A stretch of DNA of 63,855 nucleotides, filler included, from Hyphochytrium catenoides (taxonomy: Eukaryota; Protista; Hyphochytriomycota): assembly GCA_900088475.1 (NCBI GenBank). It is 8 parts of 8 records of this genome, joined end to end, with 100 filler letters (N's around TTAATTAATTAA, not from the genome) between each part and the next. Parts side by side here need not be neighbours in the genome. Positions count along the whole stretch, not along the records: positions 7,436 to 30,147 come from FLMG01001886.1; positions 30,248 to 43,283 come from FLMG01003403.1; 6 more parts are not named here. One strand, written 5' to 3'. The notes beneath the pieces were generated by a model. That model searched no databases. It was not told the DNA's origin and saw nothing but the letters and a program-made list of their open reading frames with translations. A program made the translations under genes and the position numbers. Shown piece after piece: positions 23,464 through 35,982 of this stretch (positions within the stretch are counted from its first letter, which is position 1; every line of letters begins with the position of its first letter).

Positions 23464-24581
23464 ACAAAGAGAGTCATCATCGGAGGCAGAGAGGAGAAGA
23501 GAGCCTTGTGAAGAGACGGAGGAGTATGAAGGCAGACAGATCAGCTCAGCAAGCGGCAGGAAGACAGAAGAATCAGTTCAAATGAAAGAGAAAGATCCAA
23601 AGAACTTCCAAGGGCCTTGAGGGCCAATTGGCTGATAGGCCTATTAAAGTCGCAATCTCTGCTGTTTGACTACGGTACAGGCGCTAATAGCTCAGGTCTT
23701 TATACTTGTTGGTATTTCTTTGAGTAAACCGCTAAATAAAAGCTCGTGTAGCGCTTTCTATTGTCGCTTATATAGGTGGCCCAACATTTAAATCCTTCTC
23801 CATGAAACGCCCCAAGAGAAGGACAAAAGGAAAGCGAGGCCTGGGGGTCGTCTGAGGTGATTGATATTCCTTACCCACCCATCCTCAGTAATTGAGCAAT
23901 TAGGACGATAGATCATATACGCCTGAAAGGCAAACCCACGCCTCACTTGACCGTAGACCACCCACCCGCCTATCAAGGGGAAGGGTTTGGAGATCAGTTT
24001 TTGGAGATCGTTTCGCTTCCGTTGAAGGCACTGAGAAGTCGCTGAAGAAAGGAGCAAAAGAGAGACAGAGACAGAGAGAGAGAGACAAGGAGAGATAAAG
24101 AAGCAAGAGAGAGAGAGACAGAGAGAGAGGGAGAGAGAGACAAAGAGAGATAAAGAAGGAAGAGAGAGAGAGAGAGAGAGACAGAGAGAGAGGGGGAGAG
24201 AGAGAGAGAGAGTTAGAGCAAGGAAGGGGAACGCAAGAGGAGAAAAGAGAGATGGAGAGAGAAGGCGAAAAGAGATCGAAGGGTAGGGAGATGAAAACAA
24301 GAGGGAAGATAGTTGGGAGCACAGCCAGCCACAACAGCAAGAAAGAGCACTGTGAGAGGGAGTCGAGCGGGAAAGAGGTTATCCTCTAGTTCTTTCTCCG
24401 CTTAAGTTAAAGTGTGTCTTCACATTGCCGCTCATCATCATTTCTCGAGAAGTGTCCTAGCACACAGAACGAGCCCGATTAAGTCGCTCTGCTTCGAGCT
24501 CTTTCTGAGAGCTGCAGAATACACTGTACACCTCGTCGTTGGTATAGGGAGAGAAGAAGAGGTGAAGGGACAATAGGAGCG

Positions 24582-27500
24582 ATGAAGCAATATTTCCTTC
24601 TCTCTTTCCTTCTGCTTCTCGGCTCCGTGGCCGCAGAATGCCCCAATGGCTGTAGCGGGCACGGTAGCTGCGGTGCCAGAGACATGTGCACCTGTTATCT
24701 CTCCTTCATGGGAAATGACTGCTCAGAGCTGATGTGTCCTTTCGGTAGAGCTCACGTGGATATCCCTCTGGGAGATCTTAACATGGATGGAGAGCTCACC
24801 ACGGAGGCAACAGTGACCAACCAGATGTATCCTGCAGGCACTGCAGAGCTCTATCCCGACGCAGCGGATGATGAAGGACATTTCTATTCTGAATGCTCGT
24901 CTGCCGGTCTATGTGATAGGACAACCGGACATTGCAACTGCTTCCCCGGCTTTGACGGCAATGCGTGCCATAGAACAACCTGCCCAGGTAACGGGCCTAG
25001 TGGTCCCTGCAGTGGGCACGGTACCTGCCATTCTATCAGAGAAATGGGCCAGTACTTCGCATCATCCAACACCCTCTTTGGCGTTGCAGAGATGCCCTAC
25101 CCTCTAGACTATAACTTGTGGGATGCCAATGCTACGTTCGGCTGTGTATGTGATCCTGGATACTCTGGAGCGGGCTGTGAGGAGCAGCAGTGTCAATATG
25201 GCATCGATCCGATGTACCTCAATGACGGGACACCGACTTTTGACCGCTTCCAGCTCTTCCTTGACAACACAGCCAACCAGACCACGGGCTCCACCGCTGT
25301 GCTTGCAGGCTCATTCAAGCTGCGGGTCTTTGATCTCTGGGGTGACAGCTATCTCACCAACAAAATCGAATTTCAGAACGTCTTCTCTACGCAGTTCACA
25401 GCTGACGAGCTCGCAGCGAAGATCCAGGCTGAACTCATAGCACTTCCTGGCTCTTACTTTGACTCTGTCGAGGTCCTTATTCCAGGCACCTCCGACACTA
25501 GTGTAAAGGATATCCCTAAGTATACAAGTGTAGGAGCAGAGGGCTTCCAGATTGCTATTGTCTACAAAGACATCCCAGGCAGACACCGCCTTCCAGAGCT
25601 TGCTGACATCGTTTACACGGCCAGAAATGACGGATATAACCTTGTAGTTGGCGCTCCTTATGGTCGCGGCGAACTCACTGATTCGTTCACCACCAAAGCA
25701 GCCACGACTTTCGCAGCGGTTCCCATCGCAGCTGACGGCGAGTTCACTTTGAATTCTGCTCTCCCCGCGTCGGATCCTGCAGTCGTCGCTGCAACCAACG
25801 GTGGCGCACAGGATACCACGTCAATTTATCGCTGGCTGAAGAGTGGACCTTCACATTTCCTAGGCCACATCGATTCCTCGAACCCTACAAGCCTCAAACT
25901 AGCTTATGACACCGCGAACAGCGGTATGAAAATTGGAAGTGAGCTCTACACTAGCAATAGCCATCCTTTTGATATCGTACCCAGCGCGGCTTTGGTCAAG
26001 GACTGGGTGGTAGGAGATAATACCTTCACAGTCGCTGGGGACTTCAGAGACAGATTCCGGAAGGGCACCCAGTTCGTCTTCCACAACACGCTGTACACAG
26101 TTACCAAGGATGCTGGTGTCACAGAGACAGGTAGCAGCAGGAAGGAGCCATCGTCTATCGTGACCAACAGGAATACTCAGGATATTCCAATCATTGTACC
26201 ATTAGCAGTGGTTTGTGATGGCATCTCTGCCACTGTTTATCCTCAGACTCCCGTGAAGAATCTGAGGCGACATGACAGGATCGAGATTGAGGATGATCCT
26301 GCCGCTCCTCTGGTCGTCTATGAGGTGTCCTCAGTCTCTGCTAATGGACACATCATCAAGGTCAAGTTGATCAGCACTGATGGTTCGGCAGTCTGCACTT
26401 CATTTGGAGCAGTCGCTCTAAAAGGGGGAGAAGTACTGGGTCCCGTGGCAGGCATTACTGGCTCCTTGAATGGGACAATTACTCTTGCTGAGCCGTATAA
26501 GGCTACGGCTACACCTGGAGACATTATTTTCCTTGATGGAGCAGACCTGGGACCCTTCGGGACATTCTCCCAAGGTATTACTATCAGCACAGTGGAGATC
26601 GAGGAGCTAGAAGAAGGCAACACCTATTTCGTCATCTACGGGAACACTTGCATTGGTACGGCCACGGAAACAGCGACAAAACAGACCTATTGCATGACTG
26701 GAGTTGCAGACGTTAGTGGAGCACTGCTCTTGGAAGGTGATAAGATGCTTTCGGCGGGTGGAGGTCTGGAGTTGACATTGACATCAGCTACACCCAATAC
26801 CTTCTTTACCAACGGGGTCGATCCTGATGCAGTGACCACAGCAGTGCCTACTTATTCAGCGGCCCTGTGCAGGAGTGGTGGCTATAGCGGCAAGATCATC
26901 TGTACCGTCACGCCGGGTGTGGCAGCACCAGAAACTCTGAAGACCAACTACTATGCAGCATACGGTGCCTTTGTTACCGACCAAGTGGATAACTTCTACA
27001 CCCTGACAGGTTATGACTATGCTGGTCCTCAGTACCTTTACATCGCAGGGGCAGTCGATGAGAAGATTACGGATGTCACCGTCAGAAGCGCAGCCTGGAC
27101 TTTCATTGGCAGTCCACCGGGAGCTCTGGCTTTGGACGCTGACTATCAAATTGGACCGACTAATAAGAGAGCTATGCATGGTCCAACAGGAGGAGGAACG
27201 TCCACCTCTGTACTCACCGGTGGTAGTGGCACTGTACTCTCCTCCTTGGATTATATGTACCATTACCGATACACTCACGCCAAGACAGTTGATACGACGA
27301 AGACTTATCTGCTCTACACTCACTTCCAATACTGGCTGGTCTCTCTCTCGACGGTGGTAACAGTGGACATTCCCTTCACAGGAAGCATTCTGAGCGGAGC
27401 AGATCCATCGATTCATCTCAAGCCTATAACGGACGACACTGCTTTAATCCGGCACGATGGTACTCACACCATGCTTAACTTCCGAACGGCCAGAGGGGCC

Positions 27501-28349
27501 GCCTCTAAAAGTGAACCATTTGTCATCTACATGGTAGAGCCCAAGCAGAGCAGCACTGTGGCTTATAAAGCTGTGGCCGGAGTCACTGCTGCTTACGCTG
27601 GCAAGAACACTTTCACCTTGTCTACCGACACAGGCGAAATTGCCGTAGGAGATGTTCTCTACTTTCAAGGACAGCATTTCCATGTTGTCAAGGTTGCTGC
27701 CGGAGTTATTACTACTGCAGAGACCATTGACGGTATGGTCGATCCAACGCTTACTAGCCATTTGACCCGCTTCCCAGCCGCTCCTCCTCTTGCCCCTATC
27801 TTCCGCGTGAAGGGAGAGAGAGTACCAATCTCCGTTGGTACAAATATCAGGAGCTGCGAAGTCGTAGAGGCGATCGTGGGAACTAGCCTTGTAAAGGTCC
27901 AAGATTGTAAGGAGGGGGCTTCTGCTCTGACAGTGAAGGCAGGCTTCTCTTTCATTCTCTTCCGCACGCGCTACCGGGTTGTGAGTGTTGCTACTCCAGG
28001 CGCACCTGGCACTTTTGAAGTCACTGTGGACAAGCCCTTCTATGGCATTCCTCTCTATGGCAAGCCTGACGATCTTGCTAAACTCAATCATTACACGGAG
28101 GGAGCCGATGCTCTACATCCCTTGACGATGTATAGCCAAGATATCACATCCACGACATCGATAGGCGCAGATAAGGTCAGAATGTACTTTTATGACGAGG
28201 AAAAGAACTCCCTGCCCAAGGAAACTGTGTACACCTTTGCGGCAGAGTGCTCTAACAGAGGCATCTGTGACCATGCTACTGGGCAGTGCGACTGCTTCCA
28301 GGGCTACACAGGAGGTGTCTGCGCTACTCAGAACACTCTGGGCAGATAA
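24582..28349 (+). CDS. Tubular mastigoneme (flagellar hair) protein, Ocm/Sig/Mas family, 1255 aa, intronless
   Basis: Signal peptide, then AECPNGCSGHGSCGARDMCTCY...CPFGRAHVDIPLGDLNMDG, EGHFYSECSSAGLCDRTTGHCNCFPGFDG and LWDANATFGCVCDPGYSG...GIDPMY. C-terminal ECSNRGICDHATGQCDCFQGYTGGVCATQNTL. This is the family layout. Confidence 0.9.
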   Translation: MKQYFLLSFLLLLGSVAAECPNGCSGHGSCGARDMCTCYLSFMGNDCSELMCPFGRAHVDIPLGDLNMDGELTTEATVTNQMYPAGTAELYPDAADDEGHFYSECSSAGLCDRTTGHCNCFPGFDGNACHRTTCPGNGPSGPCSGHGTCHSIREMGQYFASSNTLFGVAEMPYPLDYNLWDANATFGCVCDPGYSGAGCEEQQCQYGIDPMYLNDGTPTFDRFQLFLDNTANQTTGSTAVLAGSFKLRVFDLWGDSYLTNKIEFQNVFSTQFTADELAAKIQAELIALPGSYFDSVEVLIPGTSDTSVKDIPKYTSVGAEGFQIAIVYKDIPGRHRLPELADIVYTARNDGYNLVVGAPYGRGELTDSFTTKAATTFAAVPIAADGEFTLNSALPASDPAVVAATNGGAQDTTSIYRWLKSGPSHFLGHIDSSNPTSLKLAYDTANSGMKIGSELYTSNSHPFDIVPSAALVKDWVVGDNTFTVAGDFRDRFRKGTQFVFHNTLYTVTKDAGVTETGSSRKEPSSIVTNRNTQDIPIIVPLAVVCDGISATVYPQTPVKNLRRHDRIEIEDDPAAPLVVYEVSSVSANGHIIKVKLISTDGSAVCTSFGAVALKGGEVLGPVAGITGSLNGTITLAEPYKATATPGDIIFLDGADLGPFGTFSQGITISTVEIEELEEGNTYFVIYGNTCIGTATETATKQTYCMTGVADVSGALLLEGDKMLSAGGGLELTLTSATPNTFFTNGVDPDAVTTAVPTYSAALCRSGGYSGKIICTVTPGVAAPETLKTNYYAAYGAFVTDQVDNFYTLTGYDYAGPQYLYIAGAVDEKITDVTVRSAAWTFIGSPPGALALDADYQIGPTNKRAMHGPTGGGTSTSVLTGGSGTVLSSLDYMYHYRYTHAKTVDTTKTYLLYTHFQYWLVSLSTVVTVDIPFTGSILSGADPSIHLKPITDDTALIRHDGTHTMLNFRTARGAASKSEPFVIYMVEPKQSSTVAYKAVAGVTAAYAGKNTFTLSTDTGEIAVGDVLYFQGQHFHVVKVAAGVITTAETIDGMVDPTLTSHLTRFPAAPPLAPIFRVKGERVPISVGTNIRSCEVVEAIVGTSLVKVQDCKEGASALTVKAGFSFILFRTRYRVVSVATPGAPGTFEVTVDKPFYGIPLYGKPDDLAKLNHYTEGADALHPLTMYSQDITSTTSIGADKVRMYFYDEEKNSLPKETVYTFAAECSNRGICDHATGQCDCFQGYTGGVCATQNTLGR

Positions 28350-29212
28350 GCAGAACAATCGGAGAGCTATTGAGGACGTCCCTTTCTTTCGCCTTTCTCG
28401 CTTTCTTCGTCGCTCTTCTGGTCGCACATGGCGGCCCTGAAGTGTGGAGAAAAGGGAGAGAACCGTAACTCTTTGCTCTCATGATCATCTCTCTTGCCCA
28501 TGGTGGCTTCCTTTTATTATTTTGTGAACTCTGTCCCTGGCGTTGAAGCCGGTCTTAGCTGTAGGCAAAGGAAGAGGGCGAACATGATGTTATCTCTCTT
28601 GCTTCGATAATAAACTGTGGTCCCTGTTGGGTCGACGATGATAAAGATAATTGACCCTTGAACACCTATCCTCTCTCCAGATCTCCTCATAATTATCTCA
28701 CTGCTCTACTTTTGCTGGTCACTCTATCTTCTTATAAATGTAGGCAATGGCTCAATAATTGTGCCTTCTTTTCCTCTTTCATGCGTCCTAATCCATCCTC
28801 AGTCATCGTTCATTAAGCTCTTGCTTTGTCTCCTCCTGACTATGAGTAGAGAGACGTCGCCCACACTACTCAGTGCTCTGAACTGCCACGAATGACCGTA
28901 AAAGCATTGCTCTGAATGGCACGAATGACAGTAAAAGTAGGACCAACAGCTTCTCGTGCCACAGTCGTTTCCGTGTATCGCCTCTTTTATTATTCTGTGC
29001 CTGACTCTTGCGAAGTGTCATACGGGAAAGAGAACGAGCACGGTATGTGAGTACTTAGCGAGAGAGAAAAACGGGGAAAGCGAGAGTATTGAGATGAATA
29101 AATAGACAAACAGATAGATAGAACAACAGGGAGAGAGAGAGAGAGAGAGAGAGAGAGCAAAGGTAGGAAATGATCTCCCATTCAGTTTTGACAGTGCATA
29201 TATATTTCGTTA

Positions 29213-29836
29213 TCATCTCATCCAGCTAGCAACAAGCATATAAACAGAGGTCGCGTGTGGGGATAGCTGTAGATAAAGATAGTTCAAAAAGAAGCCCAAC
29301 AAGCCCAAGAAGATGAGCCAAACAAGCTGGTGCTTTCTCTCTCCTTCTATCGCTCCAACGCTCTTGTGCTTGTCGAACTCGCCTACAACTTCGCCGGAGG
29401 TTATCTCTTCCTCATCGATGTCTACGCTCTTTCTTCTGCCTTCTAATGGGCAGAGTTGGACGCGGGACATAGTGCGAGACAATGCCTCCTCGAAGGTTGT
29501 GACCCGAGTTTCCTAGAGGTGGAAGTTGATTAAGAACCAGGGGAGAGAACCGAGAAAAGAAGAAGAAAGCGAGACAACGTGGGTCGTAGAGGAAACGGAG
29601 GAAATACGGATGAGATGCACTGCGCTCAGGTCAACATAGGCTTTTCTCGCCTCCCCCTTTTCAGTTCCTCAGCTCTTCTTCCCTCTCTGGCTGCATCGTC
29701 TTACCTCATAGAGTCTCAGAAAATCCACATATGACGCTCTAAAGAAGTCATAGAGTATCTCCATGAGATCTACTAGCAACTTTCCTAGGTAACCGCGCAG
29801 GAATGCTGAGAAGATGGCTGGAATGTGGTCCACCCA
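29213..29836 (-). CDS. Last two exons of a tail-anchored membrane protein (5' part lost in the gap at 30148)
   Basis: Exon 29836-29705 (WVDHIPAIFSAFLRGYLGK...RLYE, AG/GT bounded, phase 0) splices in frame to 29512-29213, which ends in a TM helix (LVWLIFLGLLGFFLNYLYL). Confidence 0.65.
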
Positions 29837-30262
29837 CTGGGTATCGGAGGTGCACCGCAGGAAGAGAGAAAGGACGTGAGAGAGAGGAAACAGCAGGTGT
29901 ATGGAAAGACAACGTAGGATGGAGATAATTGGCTATGTTGCTGGAATGCCACCGGAGCATCGGGAGAATGAGAAGGCAGAGAAGGGGTTGAAATATGGAA
30001 AGATCGTCTCTCTATATATCTTAGGAAGGACAGAGAGGGAGCACGAAGATAGAGGAAGAAGTGGAAGAGAAAGAGAAAGTAGGACAAAGAGAGACACATA
30101 CACACTGTGTGTGTGCGTTTCTGTGTGTGTGAGAGAGAGAGAGAGAGNNNNNNNNNNNNNNNNNNNNNNNNNNNNNNNNNNNNNNNNNNNNTTAATTAAT
30201 TAANNNNNNNNNNNNNNNNNNNNNNNNNNNNNNNNNNNNNNNNNNNNTCATCTCTCTCTCTC

Positions 30263-30297
<35 letters not shown>

Positions 30298-30514
30298 GTC
30301 TCTACTCTCTCTCTCCTCCTTGCGCGGCTGGTCCATTGACCTTCACTTGATTTTTAGCCTTTGATGGAAAAGCTTCAAAAAGCGTCAAATAGCCAGATCT
30401 GCAGAAAGCTTCAAAAGATTGGCTGGGATCGTCATCCAGTCCATACGATGAGCATGTCATTCTGGCTCATTGCCCAGCTTGCTGATAGACTTTATTGAAG
30501 AAAGTATCTACGCC

Positions 30515-32158
30515 ATGGCATTGCGACGTAAACTCCTCCCATCGGCAATTGCTGCTGTTGCCCGAGCTTATAGCTCCTCGGGCGCTAAACTTCGTCTGCT
30601 GCCGATGAAGGGCAATAGTCGCCGGTTGTTATTACCGCCGCTTCCGCACAAGTGCCGATGGCAAAGCCTTCACTCTTCCAACGTCTGGACGGCTCCTCTC
30701 TGCTCCATACACCTTCTTCCCAGGTACAGAGGTGAAAGAGGCGGCGGAAGAGGAAGGTCGATGCGTCCGCATCCTCTCTTTCTGCCGCTTACGCTTGCTG
30801 CTTCTTCCCTTATTCTCTCTTCTAAGAAAGAAGCAAGCACTGAGGAGAAGATAGACCAGGGTGACGCCTCCACGTCCGCGGCCTGTGCAGCAGCTGTGGA
30901 GAAGGAACAGGACTGTGTCATCCTCTCCACCACACCTCCTGCTCCTCTTGCTGCCATCACCACTCCTCAACTAACATCAGCCATTCTCTCTTTTGAAGGC
31001 AGATACATCGTTCTCTCTCCTCTGGCAGCGTCTGGCGCATCTGGAAATCTCTTGGTAGGGCTTAACCCTAAGACACAGCAGAAAGTGGCGGTGAAACGAG
31101 TCTCTTCTGATCACCTTCTGAGTGCTATTGAGACAAGGAAGGAGGCGCTAGTCTTAAGAAAGATACAGGCCTTAGGCGGCCATCCAAACCTTGTCTCCCT
31201 GCTAGCAGAGCAGGAGGACGAGCAGTTTATCTATCTTATCATGGAACTAGCGCCAGGTGGAGAGCTGTACAAAGTGCTTTGTAGAAGAGGCATCTTCACT
31301 GAGCAACAGGCAGCGACGCTGGTGCGGAAGATTGCAGAGGTGCTTTACTTCTTGCATAGCAATAGGTAAGACCGGAGGCAAGAGAGAGAGAGAGAGACCT
31401 GCAAAAGAGAGAATGCGCCGCTGGCGGCTCTGTGGAGAGGGAAGTAGGAAAGAATGGTATGTGGATGCAGATGAAGAGACCGAGTGAAAGAACGATGGCT
31501 TCTGGGGCAAAGAGCTGGGACTTCTATAGCTTTGCTTACGACCCATATTGCTCTTTCCCTCCTCACCGTCTGTCTTCCCTTCTCTCTCTTCTGTTCTCCT
31601 CCATGGTCAATGCTTCATAGGATTGTACACGGCGACCTCAAGCCTGAGAACGTGATGGTCTCTTTCCAAAACGCAGAGGAAATGACTGTCAAACTGGTAG
31701 ATTTTGGCTCTGCCCACCTTCTCGACGAACCTCCCCAGCTCACCTGCGACTGGGTTGACGGCGTTGGTCTTGAAAGAGAGAACGCAGAGAGATGCGGACC
31801 CTCTTTTACGCTTGCCTACTCTGCTCCTGAGCTTCTCATAGGCCAGCAAGTCACTCCTGCAGTGGATATGTGGGCTTTGGGCTGTCTTTTATATGTGGTC
31901 CTGAGTGGAACTCATCCCTTTGATCCCTCAGGCAGAGCTTGTGACGACGAGATAGAGCAGAATATCCTATGTGGGAAAGTAAGCTTGGAAGGAGAGAAGT
32001 GGGACAGAGTGTCAGAGGACGGGAAGAAGTTAATTCTCTCTCTTCTCAACTTCGATCCGGCCCTTAGGCCCTCTGCCCAGCAGGTCCTTGAGCATCCTTG
32101 GGTACGGCTGTTTGGATTGCCTTTTGCAGAGCAGCAAGAGGGTTTGACAATGGAATGA
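30515..32158 (+). CDS. CAMK-group Ser/Thr protein kinase with mitochondrial-presequence-like N-terminus (2 exons)
   Basis: ATG at 30515, intron 31366-31620. Motifs LAASGASG, VAVK, HPNLVSL, MELAPGGELY, HGDLKPEN, DFG, YSAPE, DMWALGC, RPSAQQVLEHPW. Confidence 0.9.
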
Positions 32159-32517
32159 CTCTCTCTCTCTCTCTCTCTCTCCCCCATCAGCCGACCCCGC
32201 CCCGCTTTCTCTCTCACCCCTCTCTCCTCTGTCTCTTTGTTTTCGAGACAAATCTTTCCCTGTTTCCTCCCTCTGAAGTGCTATTTATAAGGGGAGCGAG
32301 GGTCTTTTTGTTTGCCTCTTCGCCTCTATTGGTCTGAGGTAGTGGATGTTTCTTGAGTGTGGCATATTCTTTCCAGCTAGCTAAGCTCAATAATGCCTGT
32401 TTCCGTGGCAAGACTTCCTAAGGGTCTCTCTCCTCTTCTCCTTAACTGTCCCAGGGGCCTCACCTCCGTGTTCCTCTCACGCCCCCTCTCTCCTTCCCTC
32501 TGTCTTCTCAGATCTTC

Positions 32518-34995
32518 CTAGCCTGCAAAACTGTCTTTTAGCTCTTTAAACCTTTGCGCATATTCCTCGTGCTTTCGCTGGTTCCTGCAGAGTTTGCTTA
32601 GCGCAATAACGTGATCTGTTGGATTATCAAAAGAGACTGGCCAACACATGCTAAGAAGAGGGAACAAGTTAGGCGGTGGATCACACCTTGGCACGCCTTC
32701 TTCTCCTTTTAGATACATCCTCGCTAAATTGTAGCAGGAGGGAGCAAAGCTAAGGAAGAGAGAAGAGAAGAAGGTCAAATTATTGAGCGGCTAAGAGAGA
32801 GATGGAGGGTACTACGGTGGGAGAGGCAAAGGCGTCCTTGCTGGTGATTTGTTCAGGATATGACTGCAGACGGAGGATACGCTGGTTGGGAAGAGAGAAA
32901 GAGAGAGAGAAAAAGAAAGCAGAGCCTGGTGTCTTACCCTCCATGACAAGCTCTTTTGAAAAACTTTTCGGCCTGCGGTGGATCTGGGAACAGGTGTCGC
33001 TCTGTAGAGACAGAATTGGGTGATAGTTAGAACGAGGCAAAGGACAGAACTAGAGGATCAAGCAACAGAGAAGCTATAGGAGAGAGGAAGGGAGATAGCG
33101 GAAGAGGGATGAAGGTAGGTAATGGGAGAAGCCGTACGGCTAATGTAAAGACTGCCAAGGAGATGACAGCTCATCATCTCTCCGTCGTGACAAGCCTGAT
33201 TAAGATACTGCACAGCCTTCTCAGGGTCCTAAGATACCGAATCGCATCATCAGTTCTCAGCGAAACGTCTAAGAAGAGAAGAAGCGCGACTGGAGGGGGG
33301 GGGGCGCAGAAGCCTGCGAGTCAAAGAAAGGAAGAACAGAAGACACATGCATAACTCATAGAGAAAGATACGAGGGAGAGGGAGAACAACGAGAAGGAAA
33401 TAAAGGGGGTGAGAGGAGAGGATGGCGGTGTATGAACGAAAGAGAAAAAACTTGAGGGATACTGAGAGAATGAGGGAGACAGCGGACCAAGAGTGGGAAG
33501 AGAGTGAGAGATAGAGAGTGAGAATGAGAGGAGAAAGAGAGAGATCCGCCTTATGACACAAAATGCTAATTAGATCTTTCCACTGCAGAATCCTTCTCTG
33601 TCTGCTTCGCTCTACCTTCTTCAGTCCACCCTCGCCCATCAAGCTCAATAGCGCCGCCTGGTGGCAGCCCAGGTTGTGCCCATAGGTGCAAGATTTGACT
33701 AATATTCATTGACGAGGAGTGCTCTTCAGAAAAAATAAGTGAAAGGACAGAGGAACCTTCTGGGTCGGAAGAATACTAGAGGCCAAATCAAGGATGCGCC
33801 AGGAAGAAGGAAAAAAAAAAACAGGATGAGAGGAGAATAGAGCAGGAGAAAGGGGAGCTATAGTCCGTCCCAAGATAGGAAGAAGCGGCCGCGAATCAGA
33901 TGTTGGCATTGTAGAGAGATCTCTCCTTACCGAAGAGCTCTGCGCCTCTTTCTACATCCTTTTGTACGCCTTTCCCGGTCACTGGAAGAAGGTCAGACAA
34001 AGAACAAAGCAGAAGGGTTAGGGTGACTCTGGCAGAGAGTGAGTTTAGCCGAGGTTGCTACCAAGAAAGAGTGAGGGTCGGGGAAGTAGAGAGTGAGGAG
34101 AGGGGAGATGATGAGAAGAGTGACAAAAGATTGATCAAAGAAGAGACAGCACTTAGAGTCAAAGACTCTAACGACAGAATGGACGGTTCCCTTCATCGGG
34201 GTTGTTTGCGAAAGAGAATGAGGAAGAGAAGGAGCGAGAGAGAGAGAAAGAGAGTGAGAGAGAGAGTGAGAGAGAGTGAGAGAGAGAGAGAGAGAGAAAG
34301 AGACAGAGAGAGAGTGAGAGAGAGAGAGTGCGAGAGAGTGTGAGAGAGAGAGAAAGGAGAGAAATGAGAGAGAGAGAAACTGAGAGAAATGAGAGGAATG
34401 AAAGAGAGAGACAGAGAAAGAGAGAGTGCACATTTGTGATCTCACAAAGTCACTCTTCTTACTCAGTAAAATGCCCAGATTGTAGCAGGAAGGAGGATAG
34501 TCGTTGTTAGTGCAATTCTTCTCATAAATTCGCGCTGTAAGGACCATTTGGCCGGAGATGGAACGAGGGAGAAGAGAAGCAGAAAGTGGATCAGTATCGC
34601 AAGTGGACAAGAGACAGAGCGTCTCGAGCCTTTCAGAGCTTCATAGAGACACTGAAAGAGAAAGAAAGCAAGTAAGAGAGAGGGAGAGCCAGAGATATAT
34701 ACAGAAAGTGAGTGAAAGAAGAGGCACACCGCAAGAACCAGAGAGAGGCACGGAAGTGCTTACCCGCTTTTGAGAGGTTCCCATTGACCATAGCCTCCCA
34801 CTCTGCGTAGCTGTGGCAAGGATAGCCTGGGCCCACGCCGTCTGGACAGTCTACCTTGAACTGCTGCACTCTATTCTCAATGTCTTCCTTCATTTTCTTG
34901 CCCTCCTCGCTGCTCTCGTGCCAGAACACCATTCCATTCGTCTCGACGTGGTCTGGCATCGTCTCTTCTCGCCCTACTCCTGGTTGATTGGACAT
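32518..34995 (-). CDS. COA7: Sel1-like repeat protein, cytochrome c oxidase assembly factor 7-like (multi-exon)
   Basis: KEDIENRVQQFKVDC...PCHSYAEWEAMVNGNLSKA|ARIYEKNC...SCYNLGILL|.GKGVQKDVEKA...SCYNLARMYLKGEEGVPR. Cys-paired Sel1 repeats are colinear with COA7 as I recall it. Confidence 0.75.
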
Positions 34996-35982
34996 GATTC
35001 TGGCTGTCTCGGAGGACTGCTCTTGCTTCTCTTTGAACACCTCTGGCCGGGTTGACGGCCAAGTGGATATGTCTTTCTCTCTGCTTCTTGTATCCGCTTC
35101 TCTCCTGCTCTCTCTCTCTCCTGCTCTCTCTCTCTCTCTCTCTTCAACTCTCCCTCGTGGGTAGCTCTCGTGGCACTCTTCTCTCTCTTTCCTATCACTG
35201 TGACCTTTATGGAGAATCTGAAGCTTTGTCTGCCTGGATTCTGATGTCTGAGCTTCTGAACCTTCGTCCAGGAATCTTTAGAGTTCAGAATCGCAAAATA
35301 ATCACTAATATAACTAACAGCCTCAGTAACTCTTGATTACATTGGGCGGCGTATCTTCTGACTGTAATGGTTCTAATCACTGGCTGTTGTGGTATATACC
35401 GGCATATTAATGGGTGGTCTGCATTGATAAAATCTTCAATTGACATGGATCTCTAACAAATCTTCAGAATTCAGGAGTCTCAGAGCTCACCGTCCGACTC
35501 TGTCTGACTCACAGCCCAGCGGGCCCTTCGTGGTTGATCTCTCAATATCAGAAACCTTTGACAGGCAATAGAGTTACGTCCTGCAACCCCATGAAGCTTC
35601 AAGCTCTTTGTTCATTTTAAGAGAGAAGAGTCCTGATGGGAGACGTACGCTACCTTATGAAGCGAGCATTGCTAGGGGAAAGGCCAGTTTAGCCCTTCGA
35701 TGTGATGATGGGCTCGGTGATGGTCAGAGGTAGAAGGCTATTTATTACGTTTATTACGTTAGTGCCGCTCGGCTGGCATCTTATGGTTCCTTTAGCGCGC
35801 GGTCGGGTTTACGAGAGACTGAGAGAGATACCAGAGGGCTAATAACAAAGAGGGAATGAAAGGGCTTTAAGAGAAAGGCAAGGCACCTTAGCAACTCATA
35901 GGAAAGACAAGCTTGTTTGTGTGACCGTTGGCCCAGTGCCATGAGGTAGAAGAAACACCAGCTCTTCCTTTGTTCTTGAATA

